Assembly (NCBI RefSeq): GCF_001194135.2 | Contig: NC_068988.1 | Location: 42,301,443-42,365,442, forward strand | Origin: Octopus bimaculoides | Lineage: Eukaryota | DNA: 64,000 bases | Reading direction: 5' to 3' | Shown: one piece after another, positions 44,750-57,935 of the stretch | Position numbering within the stretch: position 1 is the stretch's first letter | Layout of the letters: every line of letters starts with the position of its first letter | The notes under the pieces: model-generated | What the model was told of the DNA's origin: nothing | Databases searched by the model: none | What the model saw: the letters and a program-made list of their open reading frames with translations, nothing else | Program-made: the position numbers and the translations under genes

Positions 44750-46120
44750 TTTTCCCAAGGCCACACCCACCATCACCAATATCACTGCTACTTGTCAACT
44801 ATCTCCTGTTGGAGACCACGAAGACTAAGACCGCCACCACTACCCACCCAACCAACCGACCGACTGACCCCACCCTCTTATGACTATATCTTTTAAGGCC
44901 ACCCCAGTACTATACCTACTCCAACGACACCTGTACTACCCTCCGCCATCAAACATCTCTTTCCGATGACCACAAACAACGTCTACGACCATCTCATTAC
45001 TATAACCACTCCAACCTGAATACGATCTTTTTGTTGTTGCTGTTTTTGTTTTTCCATTAATTTATTTCGACAAGATTACGGCCAATTACAATGTGTATAC
45101 AGACAAAGCAGAGAACGGGGGCATATGACCAAGGCCAAAATTGGCAGCAGAGTCAAGGCCACCACTGCTGTCATACCTATCACTGCTGTTATTATCATTC
45201 TTACCACGACGACCACTACTATATACCAATATAACATTGTTACATATGTTATAACACTACCATATTATGCCTTCTCTTGCATTACTTCTGTTTCCATTTT
45301 TATCCACCTTCACTTTACACCAGATGTGTGTATATGTATCTGTAAGTCCGTATGTATGCTTGTAGATCTGTCTATGTTTGTGTGTGTGTGAATTGATGTA
45401 TTTCTCTGTAAGTTGTTTAGTCCCAGGTCAGCCCTGATTGAGCAAGGCTCGTGGTTAAAGGCGTTCCAGCCAGGACCGTCCTAAAGAAGAACGTCTAGGA
45501 ATACATTCTCACATATGCTTCCCTTTTCCCAATAGTACGGCGTGATATGATGGAAATTCGGCTGCTATTTCTAGCAGTTATATGTACCACGTGGATACTC
45601 GTTAATTGCTTTCTTTCTAGGTGTGTGATGTTGATGTTGCATGTGTTTGTGGTTATCTCTAGTTCTGTATCCGACTATATTGCTTCATCATTCCTCTATA
45701 GACGGGTGGTTATATATTTACAGTACTTCATCGTGTCTTATGTGCTTGTGTATACAATCTAGAAAGAATATATATACATGACTGTGCATATGCACGTAAC
45801 TGTCTACATATGTGTGTGTGCGCCTGTGCTTTTCTCCAGATGTTTGTTTCTGTTTATACTGCTTTATATGACACACATCCCTGTATATATGTGCATACAG
45901 TGTGTGTATGTAATATGCATGCTAGTGTGGTATTATGAATGTACATATCTATATCTTTAGGTGTGTTTGTGTATTCTTCTTGCGTACAGTTCTTGTCTTA
46001 GGTTAAATCATTTCTTAATTGTTTTCATGCTGTAACATTACCTCATATTGTTTATTTTCACTCCACCTCTTTGTCAAAACCACGTCATCGACTACATTGC
46101 ACAACATAGATGTGTGTGTT

Positions 46121-46169
<49 letters not shown>

Positions 46170-46899
46170 CACACGTGGCTGTGTGGTTGAGAAGTTTGCT
46201 TCCCAGCAACATGGTTTCAGGTTCAGTCCCACTGTATGGCAACTGGGGCTAGTATCTTCTACTTTAGCCCCAAGCCAAAGACTTGTAAGAAGATTTAGTA
46301 AATGGAAATTGTGTCATCATCACATAAACAATGCTGGTCATTTCTAATTTTCATTGAGAACATGTCTGACCATGGGAAAATATTAACATGTTTGGAAACA
46401 GTTGAGGGTTGGGGACAGGAAGGAAACTTGGCCAATGTTTTGTGGTGTGAATTTGTATTTTTTTACATGTCTCACCATTGGTTGTAAACCATGGCTTCAC
46501 TAATAGTGTCATTTGTCCACTACAAAAGCTTGTCTGGGCTTCTTGACATATCTTGACACATTGCCCAATTTTTGTAAAGTAGAAAAAAAAACTTGTTTTT
46601 ATGTCATTTGTTTCTGGCTTTCTATATCAGCATGCCTGTCCTGCTTGTTTGTAAGACTGGGAGGTTATTACTTCACTTGGAAAGAGGTAGGGGTTGGTAA
46701 CAAGATCATGTGGCTGTAGAAAAATCTGCCCCAGTAACTTTACATATGATCTATGCAAACATCGAAAAATAGATGTTAAAGTGATGAAAGATGATATGCA
46801 TGTGTGTGTATATGTACATACATGTGTGTGTGTGTTGGAAATGGAATCACTTTCATAAAACTGGTGTAGTTCTCCATTTCTTCATGAAGGGTGGTAGGC

Positions 46900-47500
46900 A
46901 TTCTTCCAATAACTACCTTAGTATAAGTTTAATTGGCATTCAAGCTTCAATATTCACTGTCATTCTGCTGCAAAGACTTCAATACAATCATTATCAATGT
47001 ACACAAGCAAATCAGTGTGGTCTTGGCATGGCCAAAGTTGCATACATCAAATTTTCATCTTGTGAAGGATTCTGGAACAATATTGGCATACCAACAATGA
47101 ACCATCATATGGTTTGTGGACTTCACAGCAATCATTGATTTTGTTGATCTGCAGATGGATTACCTGTGAAGGTGCTGAATCTAATTAGAGCATACTATGA
47201 CTCCACACAAAGATAGATTTTGTTTTATGTTAAGGAATCCAAATTTATTGTAATTTATACAAGTCTCCTGTATTGTGCTCTAATAACTCTGGTAGTCAAC
47301 TCCGTTATTTACTAACTTGTGGAACATGCTTTGGTATATTTCACAGGTGTTGGTATAGGATGACATTTTACTGTCACTCACCTTAACTATGCTGATGACT
47401 TCATGATAATTTACAACAATTATATGAATATCCAATCAGCTGTTGAATGCCTCTGTTGCCCTAAAAAAATCAATGTGACCAAGATGTCCTCCGAATGGGT
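46900..47500 (+). mobile_element. RTE-like LINE RT relic
   Basis: NYLSISLIGIQASIFTVILLQRL..QCG..CIHQIFIL.RILEQ..FVDFTAIIDFVD..HLNYADD, with frameshifts and stops. Confidence 0.7.
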
Positions 47501-48378
47501 AGAGAGACTCTAGAAGTTGATCAGTTCAATACTTTGGTATTACCTTCACTCTACAATCCAGTTGATGATATAACTGAAGAACACTGAAGACTGCTAGAAC
47601 ACATCCATGCAGGACATACAAATGCATTTTCAAGAATTTGGATTCCTTGTCATAAAACAGATGAGATAGATGTCTGTAACAATTGTATGCATGCTGGATT
47701 TTGTTGTCTTCATTGCCTGTTTTTGCCTTGGAGAAATGTGTAGCAACATGAATTTGCATCTACCAAACACTCAATCACTCTATCTTGTTGCATGGCTATA
47801 CGACATGGCCAGTGAGATCAATGCAATTTAATTTTGATAGGCTTCAATTTAAATCACTTTAAAACAAGGTGTTTGTATCATGGGACCAGAAAAGATCTTA
47901 GGTGGGTTGATATCAAAAGGGTCAAAGATTGATTTGAGTATGTGTGTATTTTGTTGGTAGTGATTACACGTTGGTGTTTGTATTTCTTTTTATTTAGTTT
48001 TATGCTGATCGTGATCTTTTCTTTTGAATTTGTCTCTTAGAAAATGTATTTGTAATGGTGTTTGGGAGTGTCTCATTCTACATAGTATTTCATGGTTGGG
48101 TGACTTTTGCTATTTTAGATTGCTCAAGAGTTTAAAGGCTTGTTTATTGGAGGAGAGAATGCGTTATTTTCAAAACTAATTAAAAATATTTATTTCATTG
48201 GAGAATTTGGGAGTGTCTATATTGGTATGGGTGACCAATTGTGGGTAGTATTGCTAATATCTATTTTTGAATTTTGTTTTGGTAAAAATTGATATAAACT
48301 AAAAATAGCTAGATTAGTTTGTGTGTTTTGACCAAGGCTTGTTTTTGCCTTTCTATATGGTATACTGTGTTTAATTTG

Positions 48379-48417
<39 letters not shown>

Positions 48418-48539
48418 TTATGTATATGGAAACTTAATGGATTTTCATTGGTTTCATTAATGGGTATCCAGTTGTCTGATCAACTGAACTGCCTACTTTC
48501 TGAATTAGCATTGTATGTGACTGTGTATTCCACAGATGT

Positions 48540-48960
48540 GTACCTGTAATGTAATTCTCAGGTGGAATCAGCATGATGCTGTAACTTAAATTACAGATGC
48601 AGTTCATCTGACAGGATTCTGCATAGTTTCCATCCACTCCATTTCACTTATAAGGCTTCAGTTGACTCCAGACTGCTGAAATACAGTGGGTATACAGTGT
48701 TAATGTCTGCATGTCAGTGTCTACAGGAAATTCCAGATTGTTGTTCCACCAAAGTAGTATTGGTTAGTGATTGGTACAAGAAGAGGAGAGACTAGTACAC
48801 CTGGGCAGGGGCAGTAGCAGTTAGCTTATTCAAAAGAGTTGATATAATACTAGTAAGTAGTTGTAGAATAGGCAGTGTGTCTGTGTGCCAATCCATTGAA
48901 GGCATTTCATTGTGTATGTGGGCAAAATGTTCAATTTTGCTTGCATGAGTTAAATGGAAT
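48540..48960 (-). mobile_element. Degenerate LINE AP-endonuclease relic (CR1-like)
   Basis: Weak similarity (HADIN.. resembling GDFN-type motifs) with many stops. Confidence 0.3.
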
Positions 48961-49143
48961 TTGTTGAGATAGATATTTTTATTGTCAGATGTGCTTCTTG
49001 TCACCACCCTTCACCTATTTCAAAGCAAGGTAATATTTCTCCATGGAAGACTGGAAACCAACAGCATTGATGGTGATGCTCATTCACAACCACCACATGG
49101 TGGTCAAGCCAAGAATACAGATTCACTTGTACATTCACATGTG

Positions 49144-49196
<53 letters not shown>

Positions 49197-51194
49197 GTCT
49201 TCTTTCAATTTCCATCTACCAAATGCATTCCCAAAGCTTTGATTGGCCTGGATCTATAATAAAGACAAGATGCGTAGCTGTGGGACTGAACCCAAGAACA
49301 TATGGTTGAGAAGTATCCTGTTGTAATTAATCCCTTTCTCGTTACATCCTCAGTTCAGTTCTTGCAGATATTTTGTCCTTCTTGCATGGTAGATAAAAGG
49401 CAAGAAATAATTACAAATTAATTGACCGTTCTTTACATCCAAAATGTGTCACCTTTACTCTCTTTGAAATCATTTTCATTGTGGTTCTGTAAGACAGAGT
49501 TGGCAGAGTTGTGGAGAAAATGGTTAAATGGTGAATAAAATGGTAAACTTATTGAATAAAATAGCTTGCACTCTTTATTAAACATTCTTTTAGGTTCTGA
49601 ATTCAGATACTTTTTATCCTTCCAAAACTGGATAAAATAAGCCTCAAGTCTTATGTTGACTGACTTATCATCTACAGGGCAAACTAATCCATAATGCATT
49701 ATGTCCAAAATTTTTCCTGGGATGGCATAAATGGTAAATTGAATAGTTGTAAACATGGATTAGTGTATGGATCTTGAATCAATTCCTTGTTCTCATTGGC
49801 TTCTTCAATTACCACTTAAAGAGGAAGGTAAAGGTGGAAAAGCTGCTTTACAGTAAATTTTACCAAACTTGTGTGAATGTGAAATTCATTGTGGCAGATT
49901 TTCTATAGCTGGATTCCCTTCCTGTCACCAAACCTTACCTTTTTTCAAGCCAGCTAATATTTTCCCATTGCTAGACATGTTTTTCACAGAAAACTAGAAA
50001 CAAGCAACTTCGCTTGTATGATGATGATGATCACCTACAACCATCATGTTAGGTTTAGACTGTAAAGAAGCAGGTGAGGATCCTAGAGTGGTGATATTGG
50101 TGGTGGTGAGGGGCTACATAGGCTGACTGTAACCTTGGAGGTTATCTCTTTTTTTAATGCTGATTTCTCTTTTTGATGTGACTTCCTTCTGTTTTTGTAT
50201 TTTGTTTTTTGTCACCCCAACATTTTGGGTCCACTGAAGAAACCATTTTTATTAAACCCTTTGATACCAACCCACCTGAGACTGCCCATGGTTCTATGAT
50301 ACAAGCCTTCTGCTTTAATGTGATCTAAATGAAAACCTCTCAAAATTTCATGTCAAATTTATGCGCCATATGTTGGTTTTATGATGGCAAAGTTATTTTA
50401 TTAAATTTTTTTTTCTTTTAAAAATTAATTGAAACAAAAGTAAACAGAAATCTGGTTACAAAAATGTTGATGTCTTGCAGTAAGCAGGTAACACTGCTCT
50501 CGAACTAAATCATTTGAGGTCTAATTTTACTTTGTATCCATCTGAGGGTTATTAAAATACTGTGTTCATTAAATAAGTATCAAAATTTCTGGTTGATTTC
50601 TGCTGCTCCTTAGTCAGAAAACCCTCATTCATTGGTGTTTCTTAGGTTTTTTAGTTGGACTGTCACCATAGCAACTCCACTTTATATATGTGTTTGTGCA
50701 AAAACAAAAGTGATCAAAGCAGTTCTGGAAGTGTGTAGCTTATCTCATAAAATGAACAAATGTTTGTGCACATGCATGCATGTATGTCTGTGGTGTATAT
50801 GTATATATGTACATCTATGTACGTGTGTGTATAATATATATATAAATATAAAATCTCCCCTGCCAGTTATATAGCATTAATTCTGAGATGTTTTATATCA
50901 CCATTGATGCTATGTCTGGGTAGACTGCCAAGTGTTTAGCAGTCATGTTTCTGTCCAGCTAGAAGCTATGAAATTTTTTCTTTTTCATCCTCTCCATATG
51001 ACAACTTCCTTGGCAGTTAGCAGTTGATGGATGCACTCTTAAATTTGGCAAGAACTTCCTGGTTGAATATTTTGCAGCTGCATCCATCTATCTGCCTTGT
51101 GTAAAACTGTCATTTTTGAGTGAGATGCATTAAATCACTGGCAGTCACAAACCACATTTCACTTGCAGATTGGCATGCAATAAAGGCAAATGTG

Positions 51195-51234
<40 letters not shown>

Positions 51235-52705
51235 TATACAAAGAGGAGAAAAAATATTCAATGCATCTAGTAGTTTTATTTACTGGTAGTAGTTTTATTT
51301 ATCTGGTAGTAGTTTTATTTATCTGGTAATTCAGTCTGTTGGTACTACATGTTCCTGCTCTGTATGAACACACCAACAAGAAACTCAAAGAAGCAACTAA
51401 ATGGATCATCTGCTTTCAGCAAATACATTTGTAATTAAAAAAAAACAAACTGTTTTTGCATTTTATTCATGACTGTATGGTTAAGAAGCTTGCTTTCCAA
51501 CCATGTAGTTTCAGGTTCTATCCCACTGCACAAGTATTTTCTGCTATAGTCTTGAGCTGACCAAAGCCTTATAAGTGGATTTGGTAGACAGAAATTGAAA
51601 GAAGCCTGTCATATATAGATATATATGAACAGGCACATCCATGGCTGTATGGTAAGAAATTTGTTTCTCAGCCATATGATCTTGGGTTCAGACCCTTGGT
51701 GTGGCACCTTTAGCTGGTGTTTTCTATAGCCCAGGCCAACAAAAGTTTTGTGTGTAGATTTATTGGATACTAAAAGAAGCCCATTTATGTATATATGTGT
51801 ATGTATGCACATGTTTTTGTGTGAGTGTGTGGAAGCACATGGTTTAGTAGTTAGGGTGTTGCACTAGTGATCATGTGATTGTGCTTTTGATTCTTGGACT
51901 GGGTGATGCATTATGTTTTTGAGCAGAACACATCATTTCATGTTGCTCCAGTTCAGTGGAGTGGCAAAAGTGAGTAATCCCACAATGGACTAGCATTGTT
52001 AAGTGGACAATGTACACATGACAAAATCTGGGAAGCTGTCATAACAAGCCTATGGCTCCTGAAGAACCTTTGGTTCTTGATTTGATATAAAGCCAGTATT
52101 ATGTAACACTGCTTGTCAGTGCCACATTAAAAGCACTCAGCACACTGTAAAGTGGTTGACATTAGGAAGGCCATCCAGCTGCAGAAACCAAACCAAATCA
52201 GCATGGACCTTGTGCAGCTCACCAGCTCAGCTTTCCTCACACTGTCCAACCCATGCCAGCATGGAAAACAGACATTAAATGATGATGGTGTGTGTGCATC
52301 TGTTTATGTAGTGTATTTGTTGTAAATGAGTGTCACTGTTTTACAAGCAGTGTCCTTCATTTCCAATCTTTTATGGAAACCTTAGGGAAAAATGACTAGA
52401 GTTGGTGACAGGAAGAGCATCTGGTTGTAAAAGATCTTCCTCAGCAAATTCTGCTTGACTCATGTGAGTATGGAAAAGTGGACGTCAAAAACGATGGTGA
52501 AAATGTTTTGTGGAAAGGCTGCTCATGTTCCAGCTGTCAATCATGTTATTGTTGTTTAACCCTAGGTCAACCTTAATTGAGCAGACCTTTAATCAAGGAC
52601 ATTAGTTGCAACCATCCCATCTTTTTATGGCTATCTAGGACTACATTCTCTAATGTGTTTTCTCTGTATGAAAATAGGAAGTTACATCTTTCTTTACATT
52701 GAATA

Positions 52706-53544
52706 AACATGTTGGATCTTTCTGATTTGGCAGACACCATTTATTTTCTAACGAAACACTTTCAAACTTGGGACACTGGTAGAATGTGTCATATAAAACA
52801 TCTTTTACTCTTAGTGTTGTTGAGAAAAGTTTATATTTTTAAAGTTATTTCGTGTTAAAGTTGTCGTATTTCGGTAATTTCAACCAATCACTGTCATCTG
52901 TTGAGGTGAAAACAATTACTGCTGTGGTTTGTCAACAAGATATTGTGGCGGTGTAATGGGATCTTTTCCCTTGAATAAAATTAGTGTCGTTGTTTGTCAG
53001 CAACAACTATCGGTGGTACTGTTATTTATGACATCATTCGTGCGTTTGTACTGGTTTTTAGGGTTAGGGTTATGAGTATTTTTGCCAAATTTGGTGAAAA
53101 CTTTATTGCGGTGTATTGAACAGATTTTCACCAAATTTGGCAAAAAAATACTCATTACCCTAAAACCCGAACCCTAACCCTAAAACCCTAAAGCTGAAAC
53201 CAGTACAAACGCACAAACGATGTCATAAATAACTACTGCTGATAGCTGTTGTTGACAAACAACGGCATTAATTTTATTCAAGGGAAAAGATTCCATTACA
53301 CTGCCACGTCTTGTTGACAAACCACAGCAGTAATTGTTTTCACATCAATAGACATCAGTGATTGGTTGAAATTACCGAAATATGACAATTTTTAACATGA
53401 AATAACTTTGAATATAAAAATTTTTCTCTGTTGTATGACAAAATATACAAGTATATGAAGTTTTAAAGTGTTTTGGTAGAAAACACACTAAATAAAAACT
53501 GAATAAAAAATGGTGTCTGCCAAATCAGAAAGATCCAATATGTT
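52706..53544. mobile_element. Foldback / MITE-like non-autonomous DNA transposon, almost fully palindromic, flanked by TA
   Basis: Left end aacatgttggatctttctgatttggcagacaccat pairs with right end atggtgtctgccaaatcagaaagatccaatatgtt. The arms pair up to a ~24-nt central loop (53101-53124), and TA dinucleotides lie at 52704-5 and 53545-6. Confidence 0.85.
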
Positions 53545-53871
53545 TAGACTTGATGTGGAAGTGAGCCGTATGCTTGCATCAGCTTCAGATGCCAAGCAGA
53601 GTTAAGTACTCTGCTGGGTGTGAACACAATGACTGTTGTGATGATGTGGCCAGTAGTATGTGTCAGCTAGGATGACACATCTATGTGTGTGAGTAACTTG
53701 CAGATGTGAAAAGCTTGCTTCCAACCATGTGGATTTGGGCTCAGTATCAATGTGCTGCATTGTGAACAAGTGTTTTTTGTAACCCTAGGCTGAGCTAAGG
53801 CTTAAGAGTAGATGTGGTTTAAGGAAACTGAAAGAAGCATGTTGTGTGTATGTATATCTTTTATATATATA

Positions 53872-53905
<34 letters not shown>

Positions 53906-53999
53906 AAAACAAAACATTCAAACACTAAGGTTTGAAATAAGATGTTACTATTAATATCATCTGAAGATAAAATTTAAAATTGATGGTATCAACAGTAGT

Positions 54000-54506
54000 A
54001 ACATAAGTGGTTCACAGACAAACAGCATTATTAAGCTATAATATACAAATTAGCATGCAGCATAAGGATGCAGAAAAGTCCATTATCATTGATGAAGATT
54101 TGGGTGTGAGACACACGTCTGCCAAGTTTGTGCCAAAGCTGCTTTTGGCTAACAATGCACTTGCCCATTCAGCACAGCTTGTGCAATAGTTTTTGGCTAA
54201 GCACAGCATTCCCCAGGTCCGACAGCCACCATATTCCCCCTTGTGACTTTTCCCTCTTTCCAAAAGTCAAATCTCACTTGAAAGGAAGATTTCAGGAAGT
54301 TGAGGAAATCAAAGTAAATGCAACAAGGCAGCTGTTGATTATCCCTGAAAACGAGTTGCAGGAATGCTTCCACCAATGGAAGCCACTGGATTAAGTGTGT
54401 GGCTTCCGAAGGGGACTACTTTGAAGGAGATTAAATGCCAAATTGGTATGTGTTGTAGTTTTGTTTTTATAGCTCCAGTCCGGATACTTATTGATCAGAC
54501 CTCGTG
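54000..54506 (+). mobile_element. Mariner (DD34D-type) transposase relic, internally deleted, with right TIR
   Basis: EDLGVRHTSAKFVPKLL joined directly to NNALAHSA..PPYSP.CDFSLFPKVKSHLKG.RF..EEIK..CVASEGDYFEGD*. TIR gtccggatacttattgatcagacctcgtg at 54478-54506, with a second TIR-end copy at ~54754-54801. Confidence 0.85.
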
Positions 54507-54800
54507 TATACATATATATATATCTGTGTGTGTCCTTGTATCATCATCATCATATAAGTGATATTTTTCGTTTCCAGTCTTCCATGAAAAAGAAAAAAAA
54601 CTTGTCCGGCCATGAGAAATATTATTTTGTTTGAAAACAGGTGAAGGTTTACAACAGGAAAGGCATCCAACCATAGCAAAATTTACCTCAGTAAATTCTG
54701 TTTGATCCATGCAAGCATGGATAAGTGGATGTTAAATGATGATGATATATATAGTTTTGTTTTTATAGCTCCAGTCCGGATACTTAATGATCAGACCTCA

Positions 54801-54845
<45 letters not shown>

Positions 54846-55045
54846 ACACACACACATATATATCTGTATATAATATATTTTTCACATCCCATTTTCCATG
54901 TTGGCATGGGTTGGATGTTTAGACAGAATCTAATGGGTAAGAGGACCAAGTTTTGGTCTAATGTCTGTTTTGGTATGGTTATTATGGCCGAACAGCTCTC
55001 TTTACACCAACCACTTTACAGAGTGTGTATACGTATGTGTGTATG

Positions 55046-55089
<44 letters not shown>

Positions 55090-55593
55090 TTATTACTGTT
55101 TAACATTTTTTTTACATGCTTGCTCGAGTGCAACGGTTATTTGTGTTGGTTGGATGCTTTTGTCCTCCAGCTCACCACTCAACCACAAAGGCAAGAATGG
55201 AATTTACTTTCGCTCAGTCAAGGAAATACTTGCTAGCAGAGTTATGTACCTTGTTCACATAAGATGGGCAAATATACCAAGATGTGGACCATCTGGTGTT
55301 GTCTTGCTCCTTAAACATACTCTCATTGTGCCTTGTTTCACAAACTATATACCTTAAACACAGTCATGGTGACAGCTATGCTCACTTACGCAAACACTTT
55401 GACTCTTCATCTTTCATTCATACAAAGCACTCTCTCACTTACTCTCTCTTTCTTGCGTATATAAATATACACTCCCTCTTCCCTATCTCATCTATACATA
55501 TTTCCTCTATTCTCACTAACCCCCCTCTCAGCTCTCATATACATAATTCCTCATACGCACAGCTGCTTGTATATGCATGTATACACCTGCTTG

Positions 55594-55631
<38 letters not shown>

Positions 55632-56051
55632 TCCTATTCAATGTCTCTCTCTCTCTCTCTCCTTTTACTCAAACACTCTCTCTCCTTTATCTTTATATTT
55701 TCTTTTCCTGACACACCTATAAACATTTAACATCTATGGGCACTTGTGCTCTTCCTCTCCTGCACTCTCTGAGTCCCTTACTCACTCTCACTCTGTGCAC
55801 TCTCTCTTGCAGATACATGCACTCTCACACATATGTACCTGCATGCATATATGCATGCAATACATGTGAGCGGTTTCTCATATATATGCATACTCTGCTT
55901 ACATTTTCACTTATAATCTCTCTCTCTCTCTCATCCTTCAATAACTTCTACATCTAGTCATGACAACAAGCTGCCAGACAAACAGTTGTTCTAACATAGA
56001 TTCTGTCTTTCACACTTTCATTCATTTTCTCTCTCTCTCTCTCACACACAG

Positions 56052-56098
<47 letters not shown>

Positions 56099-56249
56099 TC
56101 GTGACACGACAGTTGGCTACCACAAACAGTTTATTCCTCCTCAAGTTTTTCCGCTCTTCCTTTTCCTTATGCAACCACAGCTTTTACAGCACTTTTATTG
56201 AATCTCTTCACTGTCCATATTTGATAACTCACACACAAACACATCACTG

Positions 56250-56990
56250 GCACTACTGCTTACATAACCACCACCACCACTATGATCATCATTGCCGTCA
56301 TCACTATCATTGATGCTACCACTTCCATCCCCACTATCATCATCACCATCATCGCTATTGTCAATTATNNNNNNNNNNTGCTTACATAACCACCACCACC
56401 ACTATGATCATCATTGCCGTCATCACTATCATTGATGCTACCACTTCCATCCCCACTATCATCATCACCATCATCGCTATTGTCAATTATCACCATCATC
56501 ACTTATTGCCATCATCTTTTATCACCACCATCTCTTATCACCACCATCTCTTATCACCACCATCTCTTATCACCACCATCTCTTATCACCACCATCTCTT
56601 ATCACTGTCATCTCTTATCATTGCCATCATCACTTATCGTCTCTGTCATCACTTATCGTCTCTGTCATCACTTATCGTCTCTGTCATCACTTATCATCGC
56701 CGTCATCGCTTATCATCGCCATCATCACTTATCATCGCCATCATCGCTTATCATAGCCATCATTGCTTATCATTGTCATCTTTGCTTATCATCATCGTCA
56801 TTGCTTATCATTGTTGTCATCACTTATCTCTGTAATCATTTCTTGCCATCATTGTCATCACCAGCCTCAACTATCACCACCAGCAATGCAGTCACCACTC
56901 TACCTCTGCCCCTCAACCATCACCACTTCCCCACTCATCATCATCGTTAACCATCACCACAACTACCACCACTTCCATCATCATCATCAC
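56250..56990. repeat. Degenerate (CAT/CAC)-rich tandem repeat with ~21-nt higher-order units
   Basis: Repeating atcaccaccatctctt / atcacttatcgtctctgtc units. Confidence 0.8.
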
Positions 56991-57504
56991 TAACCCCATT
57001 AGTGAACACATGATTTTTAAAAAGGTGGGAGGATGGGCTTCATATGAGTTTCTGTAGGAGGGTGAGGGATTCTTATTCTTTTCCTTATTCTGTAACTCTG
57101 AAAGCTGTCTACATATCCTTGAAGATATTTTTGCTAGTGGAGTGGGTATAGATGAGTGATTCAGCAGTCTTACGTTAGGACTGTTTCTTATAAAGCCTAC
57201 TGATTGTCCCCTTTACTTTTCAAGTCTGTTGATGGTTTCCAGCTGTTGATGGTTTACACTGGTTGGTTTACAGCTGTTGTTTGCAATATCAAATCTTGTG
57301 CTGTTCTGTTCATTGCTCATCTATTACAGTGTCTATGTGTTAGTTTATTACAATGTGTAGTTAACAAACACTTATTTGTTCATTGCTTATGTTATTTGCT
57401 ACACAGCTGCTGCTTGTTTACTGTTAGTGTCTGTACTACAGTTGTGTTTGGTTCATTTTGCACTGTCTAATGCATTGTCATTAGTGCTTCATTGTGATTA
57501 GTTT

Positions 57505-57935
57505 ACAGCTGACATTGGTTCACCATGTCCAGTCCACACCTGACATTGTTCACTGTGCCCAGCCTACAACTAACATTGTTCACTGTGCCCAGCCTACAGC
57601 TGACATTGTTAACTGTGTCCAGCCTACAGCTGACATTTGTTAACTGTGTCCAGCCTACAGCTGACATTGTTCACTGTGTCTAGCCTACAGCTGACATTGT
57701 TCACTGTGTCCAGTCTGCAGCTGACATTGTTCACTGTGTCCAGCCTACAGCTGACATTGTTCACTGTGTCCAGCCTACAGCTGACATTGTTCACTGTGTC
57801 CAGCCTATAGTTGATATTGTTCACTGTGTCCACCCTATAGTTGACATTGTTCACTGTGTCCAGCTATAGTTGACATTGTCCACTGTGTCCAGTCTACAGC
57901 TGATATTATCCACTGTATTCAGCCTATAGCTAACA
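57505..57935. repeat. 30-bp minisatellite, ~14 copies (tgacattgttcactgtgtccagcctacagc)
   Basis: Direct reading of tandem units; gives the RLDTVNNVSC 10-aa repeat in minus-strand ORF 57624-57854. Confidence 0.92.

Noticed and set aside
49433-49756. 107-aa minus-strand ORF with weak GIY-YIG-tail-like wording (RLEAYFIQ..LNS)
   Set aside because: Too little motif support to call; may be another Penelope fragment.
55180-55270. Candidate ARFGEF exon (..RKYLLAELC.. loosely like KYFLPFELAC)
   Set aside because: Similarity is superficial, a stop follows and there is no donor site.
56257-56490. Exact ~112-bp direct duplication
   Set aside because: The two copies sit on either side of a 10-N gap (56369-56378), the signature of an unmerged contig overlap.
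56404-56993. Long His/Ser/Ile-rich ORFs (143-178 aa)
   Set aside because: They arise from (CAT/CAC)n repeats that lack stops in several frames; no splice or domain evidence.
57505-57935. 30-bp repeats as a CRISPR array
   Set aside because: Units are directly adjacent with no unique spacers, the context is eukaryotic and there are no cas genes.
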